Shown here piece after piece: positions 41,197 through 50,299 of a DNA stretch of 57,927 nucleotides; the first letter of the stretch is position 1; the number at the start of each line of letters is the position of its first letter. The translations under genes and the position numbers were made by a program. Source of the stretch: Bacteroidia bacterium (lineage in GTDB: Bacteria; Bacteroidota; Bacteroidia; AKYH767-A; OLB10); NCBI GenBank assembly GCA_016788185.1, contig JAEUTF010000058.1, forward strand, positions 1 to 57,927. Reading direction: 5' to 3'. The notes under the pieces were generated by a model that saw nothing but the letters and a program-made list of their open reading frames with translations, was not told the DNA's origin and made no database searches.

Positions 41197-42246
41197 ATGT
41201 TCAAACTGGATAATCCTCAGATGATTTACCTGTTCGCACTGGTACCCTTGCTCTTTTTCCTTTATTACAGAATGAGGAGATGGAAAAAGAGGGCCATCCG
41301 TCAGTTCGGCGATCCGGGTTTGGTCAGAAAGTTATATCCCTCTGTTTCCATCTCTCGTCCGGGACTAAAATTTACGCTTGCCTTGCTGGCTATGATCGCG
41401 CTGGTAGCCGGTCTATGCGGACCCCTGATTGGTTCAAGACTGGAAGAAGTAAAACGCAAGGGGGCCGATATCATCATTGCCTTGGATGTTTCCAATAGCA
41501 TGCTGGCGGAAGACATCAAGCCCAACCGGCTCGGGAGGGCAAAGCAGGCGTTGAACCGATTGATCGACCGCCTGGAAGGCAATAGAATTGGCATCGTGGT
41601 GTTCGCCGGGGAGGCCTATGTGCAATTGCCGATTACCACGGATTACAATGCGGCCAAAATGTTTATTGAGTCCATCAATACGGAAATGGTGCCAACTCAA
41701 GGTACAGCCATTGGTGCCGCCATTGATCTGGCACGAAACTCTTTTACGGATACCACCCGAAAACACAGCGCAATAATTGTAATGACTGATGGTGAAAACC
41801 ATGAAGACGATGCCGTGGAAGCTGCAAAAAATGCTGCCGATGCCGGTGTGAAGGTTTTTACCATCGGGATGGGTTCAGCGGAAGGCGGGCCTATCCCTGT
41901 GCACTCAAATGGGGCGGTAGTTGGTTTTAAACAGGACAATAGCGGTTCAACGGTAGTAACAAAATTGAATCCGGTCATGCTGAGTGAAGTGGCATCGGCC
42001 GGCAACGGACGTTTTATCAGAGCCACCAACTCAGACGATGGAATATCATTGGTACTGAAAGAGCTGAATGCGCTCGACAAGAAAGAATTTAAGGCCAAGA
42101 TGTATACGGATTATGAGAACCAGTTTCAGTATTTCATCGGTCTGGCGCTGATGCTGATGCTGGTGGAGTTTTTGTTGGGTGAAATGAAAAGCAAGTGGAT
42201 TGCTCAGTTAAATCTTTTTCAGGTTAAAAACAAAGGGGATCAATGA
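41197..42246 (+). CDS. batB: VWA-domain protein BatB
   Basis: DVSNSM MIDAS motif, QGTAI, TDGENH; second VWA gene of the operon. Confidence 0.85.
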   Translation: MFKLDNPQMIYLFALVPLLFFLYYRMRRWKKRAIRQFGDPGLVRKLYPSVSISRPGLKFTLALLAMIALVAGLCGPLIGSRLEEVKRKGADIIIALDVSNSMLAEDIKPNRLGRAKQALNRLIDRLEGNRIGIVVFAGEAYVQLPITTDYNAAKMFIESINTEMVPTQGTAIGAAIDLARNSFTDTTRKHSAIIVMTDGENHEDDAVEAAKNAADAGVKVFTIGMGSAEGGPIPVHSNGAVVGFKQDNSGSTVVTKLNPVMLSEVASAGNGRFIRATNSDDGISLVLKELNALDKKEFKAKMYTDYENQFQYFIGLALMLMLVEFLLGEMKSKWIAQLNLFQVKNKGDQ

Positions 42247-42938
42247 AAAACAGATCGATCTTATGGAAATGGGTCTGCGTGTTGACCTTGACGGGTCATT
42301 CGGTCGGGGCACAGATTTCAGAAATTTCTGGTGGGAACAGGGAATATGAAAAAGGACGATACAGGAATGCGGAGTCTTCCTACCGTAAAGCCCTTGAGAA
42401 AGATGCGCGTCAGTATACCGGAAACTATAATCTGGGGAATGCCCTTTACCGTCAGGGAAAGTTTGAAGAAGCCTCACAGCAATACCTGAATGCCTCGGCA
42501 TTTAATAACCAGAAAGAGACACAGGCAAAGTCACTCTACAACATGGGAAATGCTTTTCTCAAGGCGGAAAAGTACAAAGAGAGTGTCGAATCTTACAAGA
42601 AGGCTTTGCGCATCAATCCCGGGGATGAGGATGCCCGGTATAATTTGTCTTATGCTTTGAAAAAATTAAGGCAACAGCAGCAAAATCAGGAGAAGAACAA
42701 AGAAGATCAGCAAAAAAAGCAACAGGATCAGCAGCAGAAGAATCAGGATCAGCAAAAAGATCAGCAGCAGAAAGATCAGCAAAAAGAACAGCAACAGCAA
42801 TCGGGGCAGCAACCTAAACTCAGTAAAGAGGAAGCGGAGAGAATGCTTCGTGCTTTGAAGAACGATGAAAAGGATCTGCAAAAGGAAAAGGCAAGGAAAT
42901 ATCCGGTTACTTCTTCAAGTCCTGAGAAGAACTGGTGA
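42243..42938 (+). CDS. batC: TPR protein BatC
   Basis: YNLGNALY / YNMGNA TPRs, Q/K/D-rich linker, terminal EKNW. Confidence 0.85.
   Translation: MKNRSILWKWVCVLTLTGHSVGAQISEISGGNREYEKGRYRNAESSYRKALEKDARQYTGNYNLGNALYRQGKFEEASQQYLNASAFNNQKETQAKSLYNMGNAFLKAEKYKESVESYKKALRINPGDEDARYNLSYALKKLRQQQQNQEKNKEDQQKKQQDQQQKNQDQQKDQQQKDQQKEQQQQSGQQPKLSKEEAERMLRALKNDEKDLQKEKARKYPVTSSSPEKNW
42671..42812 (+). repeat. low-complexity Gln/Lys/Asp-coding tract in batC
   Basis: Imperfect repeated (a/g)gatcagcaa/cag units encoding DQQ(K/Q). Confidence 0.7.
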
Positions 42939-43461
42939 CAGGTTGTTGTAGGGAGGAGACAATTGCTTCTGTCACTTCTTTCGCCGCCGGCTCTCCGTTT
43001 ACAGTGAGTGCCGATTCTGAATAGGAGGGAAGTCGCTTTTTCAGTGACGACAAAATGAACTCCATGATATCCACATCGTCCAGGTGCGCAATCAAGGGGC
43101 GTTTTTCTTTCCGGGGCGCAATCCTGTGAAACAATACACCCGGTTTACATTTCAGGTATACGGTCATCCCATGGGCTTTCATCCAGGCCATGTTTTGACC
43201 ATAAGCCGGGCAACCTCCTCCGGTAGCTACTACAATCTGATGCATGTTTTCCAGGCTTTTCAGAGCCTGCTGCTCCTGGTTTCTGAAATAATCTTCGCCA
43301 TGAACCCTGAAAATTTCCGGAATACTCAGGTGGGTTAATTTTTCAATGCGCTCATCCAGGTCGACATATTCAAACGCCAGTTTGCGTGCCAGAAGTTTGC
43401 CAACAGTAGTCTTTCCGGAGCCCATGTATCCGATAAGAAAAATTTTGTCAGGCAGTTCCAT
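42907..43461 (-). CDS. aroK: shikimate kinase
   Basis: GYMGSGKTT, DLD, GEDYFR, ATGGG and RPL motifs. Confidence 0.93.
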   Translation of the reverse strand: MELPDKIFLIGYMGSGKTTVGKLLARKLAFEYVDLDERIEKLTHLSIPEIFRVHGEDYFRNQEQQALKSLENMHQIVVATGGGCPAYGQNMAWMKAHGMTVYLKCKPGVLFHRIAPRKEKRPLIAHLDDVDIMEFILSSLKKRLPSYSESALTVNGEPAAKEVTEAIVSSLQQPVTSSSQDLKK

Positions 43462-43467
43462 GCAGAT

Positions 43468-44028
43468 TCATCTGGATTTCGGGAAACGCATTTTGTAATC
43501 AACATCCACTTTCCCTTTGGATATGTCATTCAGCCGGCCTTTCAGCATGGTTTTCTTCAGCGGACTGAGTTTATCGGTGAAGAGTATGCCTTCAATGTGG
43601 TCGTATTCATGCTGGATAATCCGGGCAATAATGCCTGTATACTCTTCGGTGTGGGTATCAAAATTTAAATCCTGGTAGCGGATAGTCAGTGTGGGAAGGC
43701 GGTTCACATCTTCCCGGATACCAGGAATGCTGAGGCATCCTTCGTTAAACTTCCAGGTTTCCCCCTCTTCACTCAGGATTTCTGCATTTATAAAAATCTT
43801 CTTGAATCCGTCACAGGAGGAATCTTCCTCCTTAAAAGGGCTGGCGTCAATCACGAAAAGCCGTATCGCCAAACCGATCTGCGGGGCCGCCAATCCAACC
43901 CCCTGGCTGTGATACATGGTTTTAAACATGTTGTCAATAAGCTCAGTCAGTTTGGGATGATCAGGGTGTATGGCAAGGGCTTTTTTCCGCAATACCGGAT
44001 CGCCATAGGCTACAATAGGGTAGATCAT
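43468..44028 (-). CDS. def: peptide deformylase
   Basis: GVGLAAPQ, EGCLS and QHEYDH motifs. Confidence 0.97.
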   Translation of the reverse strand: MIYPIVAYGDPVLRKKALAIHPDHPKLTELIDNMFKTMYHSQGVGLAAPQIGLAIRLFVIDASPFKEEDSSCDGFKKIFINAEILSEEGETWKFNEGCLSIPGIREDVNRLPTLTIRYQDLNFDTHTEEYTGIIARIIQHEYDHIEGILFTDKLSPLKKTMLKGRLNDISKGKVDVDYKMRFPKSR

Positions 44029-44447
44029 TCTTTAAATGGAATACTGGTTAAATAATCTTGCAATAAAATAGTGGCACTGACCCGGTCGAGTACCCCTTTA
44101 TCTCTTCGTACTTTTCTTGATTGTCCGCTTTCTAGCAAACTGCGGCTGGCGATTTTTGAAGTGAAACGCTCATCAAATAGTCGGACGGGGATAGCCGGAA
44201 ATTTTGTTTGGAGGAGCCGGCAGAACCCGTGAACCATTCGGGTGGTTTCAGAATCGGTGTTGTTTAATCTCTTGGGTTCCCCCACAATGATCAGTGCAAC
44301 TTCCTCTTTTGTGGTATAGTGATGGAGATACTCAAATATACTTTTTGTAGGTACAGTATCTAGCGCGCTGGCAATGGTTTGAGTGGGATCGGTTACGGCA
44401 ATTCCGCAGCGCCTGGTTCCGTAATCAATAGCCATTATCCTGCCCAT
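44025..44447 (-). CDS. ruvX: YqgF/RuvX RNase H-fold nuclease
   Basis: AIDYGTRRCGIAVTD, VGEP, DERFTS and D..SA..LLQ motifs. Confidence 0.93.
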   Translation of the reverse strand: MGRIMAIDYGTRRCGIAVTDPTQTIASALDTVPTKSIFEYLHHYTTKEEVALIIVGEPKRLNNTDSETTRMVHGFCRLLQTKFPAIPVRLFDERFTSKIASRSLLESGQSRKVRRDKGVLDRVSATILLQDYLTSIPFKE

Positions 44448-44514
44448 GCATGCAAAAATACACAGCTTCTGAATAGTTTATTAGTTTTGGTATCCAATTC
44501 ATGAAAATAATGCA

Positions 44515-45321
44515 ATGAAAGAGATCATTGAAAATGCCTGGAACGACCGTAACCTCCTCCAGGAGAAAGAAGTCAGGATGGCCATTGAAAGTGTCATTGA
44601 TCAGCTCGATTCCGGGAAAATTCGGGTGGCCAGCCCGGTAGAAGGGAAATGGGTGGTGAATGACTGGGTTAAAAAGGCTGTAATTTTGTATTTCCCGATC
44701 ATGAAAATGCAGACCATCGAAGTAGGTCCTTTTGAATTCCATGATAAAATTCCACTCAAAAACAATTTTGAAAGTCTTGGAGTAAGGGTGGTGCCGCATG
44801 GTTTGGCCCGGCATGGCGCCTTCCTGGCGAGAGGGGTAATCCTCATGCCGTCCTATGTGAACATCGGAGCCTATGTGGATGAGGGCACCATGGTGGATAC
44901 CTGGGCCACCGTAGGGTCCTGTGCCCAGATTGGGAAGCATGTTCACCTCAGCGGAGGAGTGGGAATCGGAGGGGTGCTCGAACCGGTGCAGGCAGCGCCG
45001 GTCATTATTGAGGACAATTGTTTTGTCGGTTCGCGCTGCATCGTGGTGGAAGGGGTGCATGTTGAAAAGGAGGCTGTGCTCGGTGCGAATGTAGTTTTAA
45101 CGCAATCGACCCGTATCATCGATGTGACCGGCAATCAACCCATTGAATACAAAGGACGTGTTCCCGCTCGCTCCGTGGTGATACCGGGATCTTATGCAAA
45201 GAAATTTCCGGCCGGCGAATACCAGGTCCCCTGCGCTTTGATTATTGGACAAAGGAAACCCAGTACGGATCAGAAAACCTCCCTGAATGATGCCCTCAGG
45301 GATTTTCAGGTAGCCGTGTAA
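44515..45321 (+). CDS. dapD: tetrahydrodipicolinate N-succinyltransferase
   Basis: DKIPLK, RVVP, MPSYVNIGAYVDEGTMVDTWATVGSCAQIG and GGVLEP motifs. Confidence 0.95.
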   Translation: MKEIIENAWNDRNLLQEKEVRMAIESVIDQLDSGKIRVASPVEGKWVVNDWVKKAVILYFPIMKMQTIEVGPFEFHDKIPLKNNFESLGVRVVPHGLARHGAFLARGVILMPSYVNIGAYVDEGTMVDTWATVGSCAQIGKHVHLSGGVGIGGVLEPVQAAPVIIEDNCFVGSRCIVVEGVHVEKEAVLGANVVLTQSTRIIDVTGNQPIEYKGRVPARSVVIPGSYAKKFPAGEYQVPCALIIGQRKPSTDQKTSLNDALRDFQVAV

Positions 45322-45322
45322 A

Positions 45323-46180
45323 TCACAACACAATTTCTCCTTTACTACCGTGCGAATGAATTGCCAGGAGTGGGATTTTGGTGTGGAAGACCAGCCGCTG
45401 GGTAATGCTGCGGTCAAAAATTCTTTCAATAAAGTTGCGTTTTCTGGTAGCCGTAACCAGAAGATCTGTTTTATTAACGCTTAAATAGTCGTGCAGGGTT
45501 TTAACGATGTCTGTTTCACTGATGGATTCTGCTTTAATTCCGGCGTATTTTATGGTAGGTAGCACCTCGGTCTGGAACCAATTACGCAGAGCCGCCTCCG
45601 GATCCCTTGCGTGCCCGTCTTCAATGTGCAGCAAAGTAATTTCGGGATTCTTTTTTCCGAAAAGAGCTATGATCTTTTTCAGGCTCACGATATCATCCGG
45701 CTGCATATTGGTGGCAAAAACAATTTTATTCATACCTTGATATTCGGACTCTTCCGGGACGGCCAGGACAGGAATCTCCGTGTGCCGGATCAGACTGGAG
45801 GTGTTGCTGCCAACCAGAATTTCCTTCATGCCGCTGGCTCCGCGTGTTCCCATGACAATCAAATCAACCCCTCTGCTGGAAGCACATTCGGGGATTAATT
45901 CAACCGGGAATCCGGTCTTGGTAAGCGCTTCAAATTCAGTTTTGGGGTAGCGCTTGCCCAGACTCAGACGCAAAGCAGCCAATTGTTCGTTTTCTATTTT
46001 TTCAAGTTCGAAGGCATTGTTGAATTCTGCCTCTTCAGCGGTAACCGCCAGATGCAATCCAACAGCATGAAAGATGATGACCTTGCTGTTGTTTTCACCG
46101 GCAATTTTAGCTGCGAAATGAAGCGCTTTCGTGGCGGGTTCAGAAAAGTCAGTCGGAACCAGGATTTTATGGATGGCCAT
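45323..46180 (-). CDS. universal stress protein (tandem USP domains)
   Basis: KILVPTDFS, DLIVMGTRGASG...GSNT; second degenerate USP domain. Confidence 0.9.
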   Translation of the reverse strand: MAIHKILVPTDFSEPATKALHFAAKIAGENNSKVIIFHAVGLHLAVTAEEAEFNNAFELEKIENEQLAALRLSLGKRYPKTEFEALTKTGFPVELIPECASSRGVDLIVMGTRGASGMKEILVGSNTSSLIRHTEIPVLAVPEESEYQGMNKIVFATNMQPDDIVSLKKIIALFGKKNPEITLLHIEDGHARDPEAALRNWFQTEVLPTIKYAGIKAESISETDIVKTLHDYLSVNKTDLLVTATRKRNFIERIFDRSITQRLVFHTKIPLLAIHSHGSKGEIVL

Positions 46181-46200
46181 GCTATTCTTTGATTTTATAT

Positions 46201-46265
46201 CAAATGTATTTCACCTTGGCCTGGTTTAGCATGAGGCGGGTCAAACTTTCCCCTGACATTTGTCA
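46201..46265 (-). promoter_or_regulatory. USP promoter: TACATTTG -7 box plus two TGA-N6-TCA boxes
   Basis: -7 box at 46201-46208 (minus); tgaggcgggtca at 46232-46243 and tgacatttgtca at 46254-46265. Confidence 0.5.
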
Positions 46266-46433
46266 AACAACAGGCCCTGTTGATCTGCAAGATGGGCCAA
46301 TGCATCCGTGATCCTCGCCATGGATGACCTTCTAGGCTTCAGCGGGTTGGTGGATGCATTACTTAAAGCCCGGGATGTAAGATGATACATGAAAATAAAT
46401 TGTTATATGTAAACGAATTGATACTTTAGCGGA

Positions 46434-47153
46434 ATGATTAAAGCAATGTTGTTTATTGATGGGAGTTGGCTGTATCATGTTCGCCCTTACTTACTTAATC
46501 TGGATGGCAAACCGGATTTCGAAATTGATTACAAGGCCTTGCCCATGCTTGTAAAGGATCATCTGCAGGGGCAAATGAATGCAGAGGTGGATCTTGTCAG
46601 AACAAATTATTTCGGAACGATAGCGGTCAATAAGCCCGGGCACGATAACCAGCGGGAAAGGCAGTTTTATGAAATGTTAAACAAACGATGTTTTTACAAT
46701 ACTGAAATTTATGAATTTGACTTCCGGAACCGGGAAAGCGGCCGGAAGGAGAATTGCCTTGAAACAGGCCTTACCTCCGTGGCTTTGTTTCATGCCTTTC
46801 AGACAGGTGTTTTTGAGGTGGCATGCCTGCTGGCAGGGGATATTGATTACCAACCTTTACTGAAGCATCTGAGGCTCCTGGGTAAACGAACCATGCTTTT
46901 AGGGGTAAGAGGGTCCAATGGTTTTTACCCAACTCACCCCCGCTTATTGGAAGAGGCCAATCTTTTTGATTTTCCTCCTCTTTTTCTGGATGATCATCTG
47001 AAAAAACTGCAATATCAGCGTGTGGAGCAAATTCGGACCTGCGATAACTGCGGTAAGGAGGAAGCGACCACCTTTACTTCCGAATGGTTTTACTGCCGGA
47101 ACTGCCGGGATGAACACCGGCAGATGCGTACACGACAGAATCTGGAGACCTGA
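46434..47153 (+). CDS. NYN (LabA/PIN-like) domain protein with C-terminal CxxC-x14-CxxC Zn ribbon
   Basis: LFIDGSW, LLAGDIDY.P, LR.LGK; C-terminal CDNC...CRNC. Confidence 0.8.
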   Translation: MIKAMLFIDGSWLYHVRPYLLNLDGKPDFEIDYKALPMLVKDHLQGQMNAEVDLVRTNYFGTIAVNKPGHDNQRERQFYEMLNKRCFYNTEIYEFDFRNRESGRKENCLETGLTSVALFHAFQTGVFEVACLLAGDIDYQPLLKHLRLLGKRTMLLGVRGSNGFYPTHPRLLEEANLFDFPPLFLDDHLKKLQYQRVEQIRTCDNCGKEEATTFTSEWFYCRNCRDEHRQMRTRQNLET

Positions 47154-47297
47154 TTCAGAAGCAGGAAGAAGATTGATAAAGACCTGCTTTACGGCTTTCT
47201 TTGTTTTCTAGCTGGTCAGGGTATTATTCACAGATGTAATGTGAAATAACTTTGGCTTAAGCTCGTTTTTCAGGGTATGCTTTTTTTACTATTGTGT

Positions 47298-50237
47298 ATG
47301 CATCTGAAGAGAACCATCTTGCTGATTATCTTCCTTGTCTTTGGTCTTTACAAGGTTCAGGCTCAAAGGAGTGTTCCGTGTTTCGATACCCGGGCATCCA
47401 GGCATTGGGCCGATAGTTTATTCAATAGCATGGATTATTGGGAAAAGATCGGCCAGCTTTTTATGGTGGATGCATTTTCAAACAAGGATTCAATGCATGT
47501 TGCTCAGATCACGCAACTGATAGATTCCTTTCACATCGGAGGACTCATTTTTTTCCAGGGAGGACCGGTCAGGCAAGCCAACCTGACCAATTTTTATCAG
47601 GCAAGATCTAAATACCCTTTGTTGATTGGAATTGACGGTGAATGGGGATTGAACATGCGTCTTGATAGTACGATCCGATTCCCGCGGCAAATGACCCTGA
47701 GTGCCGGAGCCGGTGAAGGCGAAATCTATAGAATGGGTGCAGAAATTGCCCGCCAGTGCCGGCGCATAGGCATTCATATCAATTTCGCTCCGGACGTTGA
47801 CATCAACAACAATCCGCTGAATCCAATCATCAACAGCCGTTCTTTCGGTGAAGATAAGGAGGTGGTTACCCGCTTCGGGAGGAGTTATATGCTTGGCATG
47901 CAGGAAAACGGTGTGATGGCTTGCGCAAAACACTTTCCCGGACACGGCGATACCGACACCGATTCCCATTATGATCTGCCCGTGATCAAAGCGCACCCGG
48001 CAAGAATTGATTCTCTGGAATTGTACCCCTTTAAAAAATTAATTCGTGAAGGACTCGCCGCCGTCATGGTAGCCCATTTGTTCGTACCGGGTATTGATTC
48101 TACCCCGAACCGCGCCAGTACGCTGTCTTCTGCCATAGTATGCGACCTCCTGAAGGATAGCCTCCGTTTTGATGGCCTTGTGTTTACCGATGCCCTCAAC
48201 ATGAAAGGAGTGGCGAACTTCTATGCTCCCGGTGAACTGGAAGTGAACGCCTTGCTGGCAGGAAATGATGTATTGCTTTATCCCCGCGATGTGGCCCGTG
48301 CAGTAGAACAGATTCATTTCGCTATACAGAATTGCATCATTGATCAGTCTTTGATCGACGAGAAGGTGATAAAAATACTCAGGGCTAAGTACTGGGCCGG
48401 CTTGTCCGTCGACAAACAAATTGAAACCAACGGGCTTTACCGGGATTTGAATTCCTACGGGGCCTCCTGGCTGAACTATTCATTGTATGAGGATGCACCC
48501 ACCTTGTTGAAAAACGAAAAGGATATCATCCCGCTCAATTCCTATTACAGAGATTGCATGGCCTCTGTCGTTTTAAACGATACCTGTAACAATCCATTTC
48601 AATTGCAGTTGGCGGCCTACGGCCATGTAGATGCTTTTTATATGCCCAAAGAGGCCTCTGCGTTTTTAATGGATAGTCTGGCTAAGGTTCTGAATGATTA
48701 CGACCGGGTCATTGTGAGCATTCATAACACATCAATCAATGCCCAGAAAAACTTCGGACTCAGCCCTTCGGTAATAGAAATGACGGAGAAACTCGGTCGA
48801 CTGAAAGGAAGTGTGCTGTGTGTCTTTGGGAATGCCTATGTGTTAGGGAAACTTCGCGGAGCGGAGCATTATGAAGCCATTGTTGAGGCCTACGAAGACA
48901 CCTACCTTCCCCAGGTACAAACCGCTCAGAAGATATTCGGAGCAACAGCCTTCAGCGGAAAATTACCTGTTTCGGCCTATCCGGAATTTGTGCTGGGACA
49001 GGGCCTGAAATCAGTTCCTGTGAATTGTCTTAAATATACCCTTCCGGAAGAGTGTTCGGTTGAATCCAATCGGCTATCAGAAATAGACAGCCTGATGCAG
49101 AAGGCGATCGGGGATTCGGTTTTTCCGGGCGCCCAGTTGCTCATTGCAAAAGATCAGAAGGTGATTTTTAGCAAATCCTTCGGATGGCATACCTACGAAA
49201 GGCTACGACCGGTTAAAAATACAGATGTGTACGACATCGCTTCCGTCACTAAAATTGCCGCTACTGCACTGGCGGCGATGTATCTGTACGATAAACGAAA
49301 GCTGGATCCGGATGCGAAGGCTTCACGGTACCTGCCCGCACTGAAGCATAGCAATAAAAAGGACATCACCATACGGCAACTGATGGCGCACGAGGCCGGC
49401 TTGAAAGCCTGGATTCCTTTCTGGAAGGAAACGGTGGACAGCAACGGATGGGTGCAGGGAATGTATAGTAAAGTTCAGGAAAAGGGATATGCGCTGAAGG
49501 TGGCCGATAGTATGTATATCAAGGATGATTATCGTGAAATCATCTGGAAGGAAATTCTGGAGAGCCCCTTGGAGACAACCGGAAAGTATGTGTATTCAGA
49601 TCTCGGTCTGATCATTCTGCAAAAAATCATCGAAAAAATCAGTGGAAAGCCATTGGATCATCTGGTCGAAGATGTGTTTTACAAGCCGCTTGGCTTGTGT
49701 AAATTTGGCTATCATCCTTTGCAATGGACCAGCCGGGAGAATATTGTTCCTTCAGAACGGGATTCTGCATTCAGAAGGCAGGTGGTACAAGGCTATGTGC
49801 ATGACCCAGCAGCAGCCATGATGGGTGGAGTGGCAGGGCATGCCGGGGTGTTTTCGAATGCACAGGCACTGGCCGTCATCATGCAAATGTTACTGAATAA
49901 CGGAGAATATGCAGGCCGGCATTATCTGCGGGCTGAAACCGTGAAAAAATTTACTGCAAAGGCTTATCCTGAAACGGTGAATCGGAGGGGATTGATTTTT
50001 GACAAGCCTGACCCGGCTGCCGGCGAGAACGGTCCGGCGGCAACAAATGCCTCGCCGCTTTCATTTGGTCATTCTGGCTTTACCGGCACCTATGCATGGG
50101 CCGATCCTCAAAGCGGACTTGTATATATCTTCCTGTCAAACCGGGTTTACCCCACAGCCCTCAATAATAAACTGGCAAAAACCAACCTAAGAACCCGGAT
50201 CATGAAAATGGCCATTGAGGCTTTCCCTGCTAATTAA
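47298..50237 (+). CDS. GH3 beta-N-acetylglucosaminidase fused to a beta-lactamase-like serine hydrolase
   Basis: IDGEWG, KHFPGHG and FTDALNM (GH3); SVTK, YSD and GHSGFTG (serine hydrolase). Start is 47277 or 47298. Confidence 0.9.
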   Translation: MHLKRTILLIIFLVFGLYKVQAQRSVPCFDTRASRHWADSLFNSMDYWEKIGQLFMVDAFSNKDSMHVAQITQLIDSFHIGGLIFFQGGPVRQANLTNFYQARSKYPLLIGIDGEWGLNMRLDSTIRFPRQMTLSAGAGEGEIYRMGAEIARQCRRIGIHINFAPDVDINNNPLNPIINSRSFGEDKEVVTRFGRSYMLGMQENGVMACAKHFPGHGDTDTDSHYDLPVIKAHPARIDSLELYPFKKLIREGLAAVMVAHLFVPGIDSTPNRASTLSSAIVCDLLKDSLRFDGLVFTDALNMKGVANFYAPGELEVNALLAGNDVLLYPRDVARAVEQIHFAIQNCIIDQSLIDEKVIKILRAKYWAGLSVDKQIETNGLYRDLNSYGASWLNYSLYEDAPTLLKNEKDIIPLNSYYRDCMASVVLNDTCNNPFQLQLAAYGHVDAFYMPKEASAFLMDSLAKVLNDYDRVIVSIHNTSINAQKNFGLSPSVIEMTEKLGRLKGSVLCVFGNAYVLGKLRGAEHYEAIVEAYEDTYLPQVQTAQKIFGATAFSGKLPVSAYPEFVLGQGLKSVPVNCLKYTLPEECSVESNRLSEIDSLMQKAIGDSVFPGAQLLIAKDQKVIFSKSFGWHTYERLRPVKNTDVYDIASVTKIAATALAAMYLYDKRKLDPDAKASRYLPALKHSNKKDITIRQLMAHEAGLKAWIPFWKETVDSNGWVQGMYSKVQEKGYALKVADSMYIKDDYREIIWKEILESPLETTGKYVYSDLGLIILQKIIEKISGKPLDHLVEDVFYKPLGLCKFGYHPLQWTSRENIVPSERDSAFRRQVVQGYVHDPAAAMMGGVAGHAGVFSNAQALAVIMQMLLNNGEYAGRHYLRAETVKKFTAKAYPETVNRRGLIFDKPDPAAGENGPAATNASPLSFGHSGFTGTYAWADPQSGLVYIFLSNRVYPTALNNKLAKTNLRTRIMKMAIEAFPAN

Positions 50238-50299
50238 CAGGGTACAACTATAAAATAACCTTACCCCTGATTCGTCTCATAAATAACTAACTTTGATCT

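Noticed and set aside
42671-42812. Gln-rich repeats as a contingency locus or CRISPR-like array
   Set aside because: In-frame imperfect codon repeats typical of the BatC linker; no spacer structure.
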